A stretch of DNA of 64,000 nucleotides. Origin: Arcobacter sp. LC1 (GTDB lineage Bacteria; Campylobacterota; Campylobacteria; Campylobacterales; Arcobacteraceae). The stretch lies in assembly GCA_021378565.1 (NCBI GenBank), contig JAACJU010000010.1, forward strand, positions 3,627 through 67,626, read 5' to 3'. Of the stretch, positions 55,111 to 64,000 are shown in pieces (the first letter of the stretch is position 1; each line of letters starts with the position of its first letter). The notes under the pieces were generated by a model. That model had not been told where the DNA came from, ran no database searches, and saw nothing but the letters and a program-made list of their open reading frames with translations. Made by a program: the position numbers and the translations under genes.

Positions 55111-56328
55111 ATGAAAGAATGTATGAAAGAATATAAATATATTATTCTAGGTGCTGGAATAGCAGGGACTAGTTTGGCATATTTTTTAAGCAAAAGCCAA
55201 GCTTATGAAGATGTGCTTTTGATTGACGCAAATACTAGCATAGCTTCTGAGGCAAGTGGGGCTGCTGGAGCTTTTTTATCTCCCTTGCTTGGCAAAGATA
55301 ATGTGTTTAAGAATTTAGTTAAAAATGCCCTTGAATTTTCTTCTAAATTTTACTTAAAAAATATGCCTGAACTTTATTTTCCTTGTGGAGTTTTGAGACT
55401 TCCAAAAGATAAGCAAGATGAAAATAAATTTATTGACTATGAAAAATATCTTGATTTTACTTATAAGAAAATTAAAAATGCTTATTTCTTTGATGTTGGT
55501 GCTTTGGTTTTTAGCTCTAATATTTGTAAAGCTTTAGCAAAAAATACAAAAACTATTTTAGGCGAAAAAATACTTAATATTGAGCATAAAGATGACTTTT
55601 GGTATTTAAAGGGAACTTCAAATTTTAAAACAAAAAATTTGATTTTATGCACGGGACATAAATTAAAAGAACTTATAAATGAGCCATATTTAGACATCAG
55701 AGAACTTTGGGGGCAAAGAATTGACATAAGTACAAGCAGAAAATTTGAACATAATTATCACAAAAAATGCTCTCTATCAAAAACTTATTTTAGCAAAAAC
55801 TTTAATCAAGATATAGTTTCTATTGGTGCAAGTCATCACAGATTTACTAAAAATTATGGAAAAAATACTTTTTTAGAAGAGCAGATTAATTTAAAAAAAT
55901 TATGTAAAAATCCTGTATCTTATAAACAAGGATTAAGCAAAGATTTAGATATTTTGATTTCTAGAGCTAGGGAAATTGCTCCACTTGATGATATTAAAAT
56001 CTTAGATACTTTTGTAGGTGCTAGAGCTTGTAGTATTGATTATTTCCCTTTTGTTGGAGAAATAATTTCAAGCAAAAATAGCCTAGAGGCTAATAAAAAT
56101 ATAAAAAATGGCTTAGAAGTGCCAAAAGAAAAACTAAAATATTATAAAAATCTTTTTGTCTTTAATGGTCTTGGAGGTAGAGGTTTTGTACTTGCACCTT
56201 ACCTTGCAAATATTTTAGCAAGTACTTTAACAAATAACCCCTTAATGCAAAAAAATATTTTAGACAAGCATCTAAAAAAACACCTAGATTTAGATATTAG
56301 ATTTTTTAGATATGCTAGAAAACTTTAA
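55111..56328 (+). CDS. FAD-dependent oxidoreductase (DAO/MnmC C-terminal-domain-like)
   Basis: YIILGAGIAGTSLAYFL dinucleotide-binding motif. C-terminal FNGLGGRGFVLAP is typical of the DAO family. Confidence 0.65.
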   Translation: MKECMKEYKYIILGAGIAGTSLAYFLSKSQAYEDVLLIDANTSIASEASGAAGAFLSPLLGKDNVFKNLVKNALEFSSKFYLKNMPELYFPCGVLRLPKDKQDENKFIDYEKYLDFTYKKIKNAYFFDVGALVFSSNICKALAKNTKTILGEKILNIEHKDDFWYLKGTSNFKTKNLILCTGHKLKELINEPYLDIRELWGQRIDISTSRKFEHNYHKKCSLSKTYFSKNFNQDIVSIGASHHRFTKNYGKNTFLEEQINLKKLCKNPVSYKQGLSKDLDILISRAREIAPLDDIKILDTFVGARACSIDYFPFVGEIISSKNSLEANKNIKNGLEVPKEKLKYYKNLFVFNGLGGRGFVLAPYLANILASTLTNNPLMQKNILDKHLKKHLDLDIRFFRYARKL

Positions 56329-56669
56329 AAAATAGTTAGAATAAGTAAAAAAATAATTAAAGATTTTTCTATGAATTAAAGTTATTTTTAATATTTACTT
56401 ATGATAATTTTTACCTAATTTTAAGCACTTCTTTTTTATACTATCTCAAAAAAAATGAATAGTCAAAGATTATCTTGATAATTTTTAAGTTTCACTTGCT
56501 AAAATGATAAAACTCGCACTAAAAAGAAAATATTTTTTTTGTCTTATTTAATATATTTTTTTCAAACATAATTCTAGATTAAAAATAAAACAAAATAATT
56601 TCTTAATGGAACTTTAAAACAAATATAGATAAAATAATAAAAAGCTTAAAATTTAGAAAGTTTTAAATA

Positions 56670-58400
56670 ATGAAAAAAAACCCTAAAAATCTAGCACCAA
56701 GTTTTAAAGATTTAGAGAAATTAAAAGAATTACGGTTTCAAAATAAGTTTTTTAGAAATCATCCTAATGCTTTAGAACTATTTCTAGAAAGTGCAAGAGC
56801 AAATGAAGAAAAAATAGCTGTAGAATTCGAAGGCAAAGAAATAACTTATGCTAAATTTTTAGAAGATATTTCTTCTGTGCGTTTGCCAAATTTGGAAAAA
56901 AATTCTTTGGTTGCTATTGTAAATGCTAATAAATATGAAGAAGTTTCAATATTTTTAGCTTTACTTTTTGCTTCTTATGTCCCAATAATTATTACTAAAG
57001 AAATGCCTTCAAAAGAAAAGAAATACATAAAAAATCTAGTAGCATATACTTTAAATCCTAGAAAGAAAGGAATGGAAGGTTTTATCCAAGCTAGCACTTT
57101 GGAATATGAATCAAATAATGATTTTGGACCTTTATTTTTTAGCTCAAATAGTACAAAAAAAAATCCAAAACTAATCTTAACCTCGCAAAGAGCGATTGCG
57201 CATTTTTGTCTTTGGCAAAGTTCTTATTTCTCAGAAACAAATTATAGATTTTCTCAGTTAAGCTCAGTAACTTCTGATATTTATTTAAGAGAGATTTTTA
57301 CTTGTTTTTTAAGTGCATCTTGTTTGGTATTACCCACAGAAGAAGATACAAAAAATATTTTAACTTATCTTGAAACAAAAAAAATTAGTGTTCTTAATTC
57401 TGTTCCAAATTTAGCTTATACTTATTTACAAAAATTAGACAAAAAGCATGTTAACTCTCATCTTAGTTTTATATTTTTTACAGGCGAAAGATTGCCTTTG
57501 GATTTAGTAAAAGCTTATGACCATTTTTGTGTAAATAAAGTAAAGATTTTTAATCTTTACGGATCAAGTGAAACAAATTTAGCAAAAATATATTATGTCT
57601 ATAAGCCAGATTTTAAAGGTGATTATTTACCTTTGAAAAAATCTTTAAGTAAAAGTGAATATTACTTAGAAAAGAATAGGGTGTTTATAAAAACCCTTTT
57701 TGGAGCTTATGGCTATATAAACCAACAAGACAAAGATTTTACTTGGCAAGATAATGGCTATCTTGTTTATAAAACAAAAGATTTGGCTAGCGTTGTAGAC
57801 AAGTCAAAATATTTGTTTGTTAACTCTAGACTTGAAAATCAAAAAAAGATTTCAGGAAAAAGTATAAATCTTGAATTTTATGAAGATGCACTAAAACTAG
57901 CTCTAAATACTAAGGTTTTTGCTCTAATATTTCATAAAGAAAAAGTAAGAGTATTTACTGATTTTAAAAATAATGAAGTGCTTTTAAAAACTTTAACCAA
58001 ATATTTGCCAAAAAATATCCAAGGTGGCATCTTTAAAATAAAAAGATTATGCTTAAATTCACATGGAAAACTTGATAGAAAGGCACTTGCTGACATACCT
58101 AAGGCCTTGAAAAAAAATATAAAGAAGAATGAAGTAAAAAAGGTAAAATTTAAAAATATAATTGTCAATATTCTAAAAACAAAAAATTTCAAGTTAGATG
58201 ATGATTTTTTGAGTCTTATAAAAGATCCTTCTTCTTGTTCACTTTTAGCAAATGCACTTACAGAGGCTTATAAAAAAAATATAACGATAGAATATATAGC
58301 AAAATATTCAAGCCTTAGAGACTTAAAAAACTCTTTAAAAAGAAAGCTAACAAAAAAAGATTTACCAGTTAAGGGTTTAAATCCAAACCCTATAGATTAA
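56670..58400 (+). CDS. stand-alone adenylation-domain protein with degenerate core motifs and a C-terminal carrier-like domain
   Basis: A3-like FFSSNSTKKNPKLI, A5-like NLYGSSETN, A7-like YKTKDLA, A8-like NSRLENQKKISGKSINLEF, A10-like NSHGKLDRKAL. The C-terminal DDDFLSLIKDPSSCSLLANAL resembles a PCP helix-2 region without the GGDSL/GGHS core. Confidence 0.6.
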   Translation: MKKNPKNLAPSFKDLEKLKELRFQNKFFRNHPNALELFLESARANEEKIAVEFEGKEITYAKFLEDISSVRLPNLEKNSLVAIVNANKYEEVSIFLALLFASYVPIIITKEMPSKEKKYIKNLVAYTLNPRKKGMEGFIQASTLEYESNNDFGPLFFSSNSTKKNPKLILTSQRAIAHFCLWQSSYFSETNYRFSQLSSVTSDIYLREIFTCFLSASCLVLPTEEDTKNILTYLETKKISVLNSVPNLAYTYLQKLDKKHVNSHLSFIFFTGERLPLDLVKAYDHFCVNKVKIFNLYGSSETNLAKIYYVYKPDFKGDYLPLKKSLSKSEYYLEKNRVFIKTLFGAYGYINQQDKDFTWQDNGYLVYKTKDLASVVDKSKYLFVNSRLENQKKISGKSINLEFYEDALKLALNTKVFALIFHKEKVRVFTDFKNNEVLLKTLTKYLPKNIQGGIFKIKRLCLNSHGKLDRKALADIPKALKKNIKKNEVKKVKFKNIIVNILKTKNFKLDDDFLSLIKDPSSCSLLANALTEAYKKNITIEYIAKYSSLRDLKNSLKRKLTKKDLPVKGLNPNPID

Positions 58401-58531
58401 ATAAATATTTTATAATTTTGTATGATTTTTTTTGAGATTGTGCGACAAATTAATTGTAAATAATACTTACAAAGTAAAGCTTATAATAATCTATATAAGC
58501 CCTAAGAAGTTACCCCACTAAGAGCTTTTTG

Positions 58532-58555
58532 GAGGCTCTTTTGAGCCTCTTTATT
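58532..58555 (+). terminator. Rho-independent terminator between convergent genes
   Basis: GAGGCTC-tttt-GAGCCTC followed by TTTATT. Confidence 0.6.
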
Positions 58556-58570
58556 CTATTTTAGAAATCT

Positions 58571-60835
<2,265 letters not shown>

Positions 60836-60904
60836 TTAAAAATATTTTCTAAATGCTAAAGGTATTTTATGAAATAAAAAAGCAATGTTTCTTTTTTATA
60901 CAAA

Positions 60905-61978
60905 TTATTTTATACTTTTCCAAAGTGAGGTAATATTTTTACTGTGTCTTCTGTGTTTTTTATGATTTGATTTTTTACTTTTTTTAGTTTTAATATTTTT
61001 TCTAATATTATATTTATGTTTTCTAAAAGATTTTGAAAAAAAGTGTTTTTTAGTTTTTGCATTTTTTACAAAATACAAATAGTTGCTTTTGATTGGAAAT
61101 ATTGCTGCTTTTATAGCATCAAAATTGACAGCACAAACAGGAGAATCAGGAATTCCTCTATATTTATAAGTATTATAAGTGCTAGTATCTTCTCTAATCC
61201 TTTTTGAGCTTATTGGAGTATGGGAATATTTTCCATAATTTAGCGTTCCATCCATTTGAAGTCTCATACCCTTTTTGAGTCTATTGTGAATAACACTTGA
61301 GACAAGAGGCATTTCTTTGACACCAGCTGATTCTTTTTGTATTATCGAAGCAATACTTAAATAAGAATACCAAGAACTTTTGTTGTATCTTCCAAATATT
61401 TTTTGACTGAAATTTTTATATTTTTGATTAGAATAAGAAATGAGATAAAACATCAAATGTCTAGCATTCATACCAATAGGTAAATCATAGCTATTTGCCA
61501 GGATATTCCCATCATCTTTAAATTTATACATATTATAAGCTTGCAATAAGTTGTAATAATTTAAATGCAATTTATTTGCTAGAATCTTTAGGAAAAAATA
61601 ATAAGTTTCCCCAGGAACCAAAGTAACTCTTGTAATCGCTGCCTTTGAAGTAGTGAGCTTGTATAAAAAATCAGCCTTAGTCATAGAGGTTTTTCCAAGA
61701 TTTATCCAACCACTTTGCGGGTATCCTAAATATCTTATCGTCATATTATCTATAAAATTTATTTCGTAGCCAGCATTTGATAAATAGTTTAATACTTTTG
61801 AGGCACTACCTCTTGGAATATCTATAACTTTACTTGATGTTAAAGGTATAGTTAAATAAAACAAAGCTATTATTAGCAATATTAAAACGGGTTCAATAAT
61901 GTTTAAAACTATCAAGTATTTTTTAATTTTTATCTTAGTTATTTGTTTTATAATATATTTTACTTTATTATCGGGCAT
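60905..61978 (-). CDS. mltG: endolytic murein transglycosylase MltG (YceG family) with a basic C-terminal tail
   Basis: N-terminal TM anchor, then IASIIQKESAGVKEMPLVSSVIHNRLKKGMRLQMDGTLNYG, the YceG catalytic region. The tail is KTKKSKKSNHKKHRRHSK. Confidence 0.8.
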   Translation of the reverse strand: MPDNKVKYIIKQITKIKIKKYLIVLNIIEPVLILLIIALFYLTIPLTSSKVIDIPRGSASKVLNYLSNAGYEINFIDNMTIRYLGYPQSGWINLGKTSMTKADFLYKLTTSKAAITRVTLVPGETYYFFLKILANKLHLNYYNLLQAYNMYKFKDDGNILANSYDLPIGMNARHLMFYLISYSNQKYKNFSQKIFGRYNKSSWYSYLSIASIIQKESAGVKEMPLVSSVIHNRLKKGMRLQMDGTLNYGKYSHTPISSKRIREDTSTYNTYKYRGIPDSPVCAVNFDAIKAAIFPIKSNYLYFVKNAKTKKHFFSKSFRKHKYNIRKNIKTKKSKKSNHKKHRRHSKNITSLWKSIK

Positions 61979-64000
61979 ATCAATCTCATCTATTCACTTA
62001 CCTGGTGGATTTAAAATTTCTAGATTGTATTTAAAATTGGATAAAAAACTCATTTTACGAGCTGATGAATTTCAAATAAATCTAGTAAATGATGATAAAA
62101 ATTCAAAATTTGGACTAATCGCCTTTAAAAAAGCACTTGGAATAAACGATTATTTAAATTTATTTTCAAATATAGAAATAAAAAACCTAATAGTAAACAA
62201 GCATAAATTTTTTCTTTTGTATGCAAATAAGAAACTTTCATTAAAAAATAAAAATTTTAATTTTAATCTTAGATACAAAATAGACAAAAAAAAACATATC
62301 ATTTATAATACTATAAATATTTTAGAAAAAAGCGATAAAATTAAAATAAATGCAAACGTTAATATAGATTTTAAATCTAAAAAAATTAGGCTTTTTTCTA
62401 CAATTTTAAGCAATGATTTCTTTATAAAATTAAGAGGAAAAATAAATCAAAAAACAAATGAATATTCTTTTCTAAGTAAAAAATTTAAAATACACTCTTT
62501 AAAATTTTTGAGTAGTATCTTCAAATTTAATCCATCAAGCAAATCTTGGCTTGAGGATAGGTTGAAGTTCAAAAGTTTAGAAGTATCAAAAGTTGATATA
62601 TCTTCAAAAGGACTTGATGTACAAAAAATCTTAAAAAATCTTAAAGTTAAATTAAAATTTAATGGTTTATCTTTGAGATATCTTGACGATGCTCCTAAAC
62701 TTAAAGCGAAAATTTTAAGTGCTAGTTTGAAAAATGGAAATATTTATTTTGGTTTTAAAAATGCCTTTGTAGATAAGATAAATATTGATAAATCCAAAGT
62801 TGCTTTGCTTGATGCTTTTAATAAAAAAGCTAGAGTGGAATTTGACATAAAAACAAATTTTTTCCCAAGACCAACTTTTGTACTTAAGATGAAAGAAGTA
62901 AACGAAGGCGTAAAAGAATGGGCAATTAGAAGGCTAAAAGCTAAAGAATACAAAATATTTTCAGCAAAAAATACTATAAAACTTTCCGATGGAATTTTTG
63001 ATTATAATACTTTTGATTTATTTGCTATGGCAAAAGACGCAAAATTTGTGTTTAAGGGCGAGGAAAATACTCTTCATGTAAATATTTTATACACAAGATT
63101 TAAAAAAGGCAATATTAGATTTTTCTTTGATGGACCAAGTGTAAATGGCTATAAACTTGATAATTCTAAAGCTATTTTGCATAATGCATATGAGGATAAT
63201 ATTGCGCTTGAGCTTGATTTACACTCAAAAAATGCCTTTGATTCTAGACCTTTAAATATACTAAAAGCTTATGGAATCTTAGTTCCATTTGCTCAACTTG
63301 ATGGAAAAAGCAAAACAAATGTAAAAATTTTACTTCCAATACACGGCACTGAAAAAATAAAAGTAACAGCAGATTATGATACGAATTTTTCATATTTTTC
63401 ATATCATGGAATAAAATTTTTAGCAAAAAAATTAAAATTTATTTTAAAAGATAATATTATAAGTCTTGCTAAATCCTGTGTTTTTTATGTGAAAGGTTTT
63501 ACGCTAGACCACGTAGAAAGTGATTTTTACCTTAACTCTATGCATATGATTTTTAATTCTTCGATTAGGGATAAATACGGAATAATAAAAGGGCGTTTGA
63601 TTAATAGTTATGATGTAAAAAATGGTATACTCAGCGGTTACTTAAACATAAAACATGCCAAGTATCCACAACTTCTGAACATAACCAATGAACAAATACC
63701 TTATAGTGTGTATTTTGCTAAGCAAATTAAAGCATATTTTCCTACTTTGGAGACATTTTATACTTATGATGAAAAAAAAGGTTATTCTCTAGAAATGCAA
63801 GACTTGCAAAAATTATATAACTTTATACCATTTTTTGATGAATTTGAGATTTCAAACGGTTTTATTAGAATGCAAGGCACAAGCCTAGATGATATAAAAC
63901 TTCAAGCTAGACTAAGTGGATTTAATTTGCCAGTTTATTTAAAAACAAAGCAATTAAAAAGTATTTTAGTAAATGCAAGGATTGAAAATCAAAATGATAT
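61899..64000 (+). CDS. large membrane-anchored protein, AsmA/YhdP-like (tentative), truncated by the right window edge
   Basis: Not in the ORF track because there is no stop inside the window. The frame starting at ATG 61899 (MFKTIKYFLIFILVICFIIYFTLLSGISISSIHLPGGFKISRLYLKLDKK...) stays open for 700 codons to base 64000. N-terminal signal-anchor followed by a repetitive beta-rich, Lys/Asn-rich sequence. Confidence 0.7.
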   Translation, partial: MFKTIKYFLIFILVICFIIYFTLLSGISISSIHLPGGFKISRLYLKLDKKLILRADEFQINLVNDDKNSKFGLIAFKKALGINDYLNLFSNIEIKNLIVNKHKFFLLYANKKLSLKNKNFNFNLRYKIDKKKHIIYNTINILEKSDKIKINANVNIDFKSKKIRLFSTILSNDFFIKLRGKINQKTNEYSFLSKKFKIHSLKFLSSIFKFNPSSKSWLEDRLKFKSLEVSKVDISSKGLDVQKILKNLKVKLKFNGLSLRYLDDAPKLKAKILSASLKNGNIYFGFKNAFVDKINIDKSKVALLDAFNKKARVEFDIKTNFFPRPTFVLKMKEVNEGVKEWAIRRLKAKEYKIFSAKNTIKLSDGIFDYNTFDLFAMAKDAKFVFKGEENTLHVNILYTRFKKGNIRFFFDGPSVNGYKLDNSKAILHNAYEDNIALELDLHSKNAFDSRPLNILKAYGILVPFAQLDGKSKTNVKILLPIHGTEKIKVTADYDTNFSYFSYHGIKFLAKKLKFILKDNIISLAKSCVFYVKGFTLDHVESDFYLNSMHMIFNSSIRDKYGIIKGRLINSYDVKNGILSGYLNIKHAKYPQLLNITNEQIPYSVYFAKQIKAYFPTLETFYTYDEKKGYSLEMQDLQKLYNFIPFFDEFEISNGFIRMQGTSLDDIKLQARLSGFNLPVYLKTKQLKSILVNARIENQND

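Noticed and set aside
58532-58549. Whether the hairpin between the adenylation-like gene and icd is bidirectional
   Set aside because: On the minus strand the stem is followed by CAAAAAG, with no U-run, so I call it only as a plus-strand terminator. The icd terminator remains undefined.

Overview
AT-rich chromosomal window that looks Campylobacter-like (Campylobacterota), judged from the ribosomal protein sequences, the monomeric isocitrate dehydrogenase, a compact type II-C Cas9 and a poly-G tract. No rRNA, tRNA, IS element or prophage was recognised. Layout: (1) 1-16.9 kb, all on the minus strand: a surface or flagellar glycan island. It holds a GT11 fucosyltransferase-like gene cut by the left edge, two ORF-free stretches, pseudaminic-acid-type genes (PseG-like, NeuB/PseI-like synthase, MBL-GNAT fusion, two cytidylyltransferases), an epimerase carrying an in-frame A9G13 homopolymer, and an embedded acyl/aminoacyl module (2 FabH-like KAS III, 2 carrier proteins, 2 SDR reductases, a DltA-like ligase, an AAC(3)-fold acyltransferase). 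(2) 17.4-21.8 kb: a tightly coupled seven-gene operon around a P1B-type ATPase with an SCA/HNGTT signature. It also encodes a ferritin-like protein with a GxxxG membrane anchor and four small Gly/Ala-rich membrane proteins. I read this as a ferrosome-like (fez-type) iron-storage organelle cluster; it is the most interesting system in the window. (3) 22.3-23.2 kb: a non-coding gap with a candidate sRNA, a bidirectional terminator and a candidate type I toxin (26-aa hydrophobic peptide) with an antisense promoter. (4) 23.2-33.8 kb: the S10-spc ribosomal cluster, then secY, map and infA. (5) 33.9-46.2 kb: housekeeping genes plus a sulfur/amino-acid themed set (UDG-like, lipoprotein, aspS, YhaM-like cysteine desulfidase + C26 amidohydrolase + APC permease, LysR, YeiH, TauE, nitroreductase, PP-loop ATPase). 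(6) 46.3-51.6 kb: a complete type II-C CRISPR-Cas locus (antisense tracrRNA upstream of cas9, then cas9-cas1-cas2, then 8 repeats plus 1 degenerate repeat whose sequence carries an extended -10 box). (7) 51.6-64 kb: a DsbD_2-like membrane protein, glyS, a rhodanese + FAD oxidoreductase pair, a degenerate stand-alone adenylation-carrier protein, icd, mltG, and a large AsmA/YhdP-like ORF that runs off the right edge. All functional calls come from reading motifs by eye. No database search was possible.
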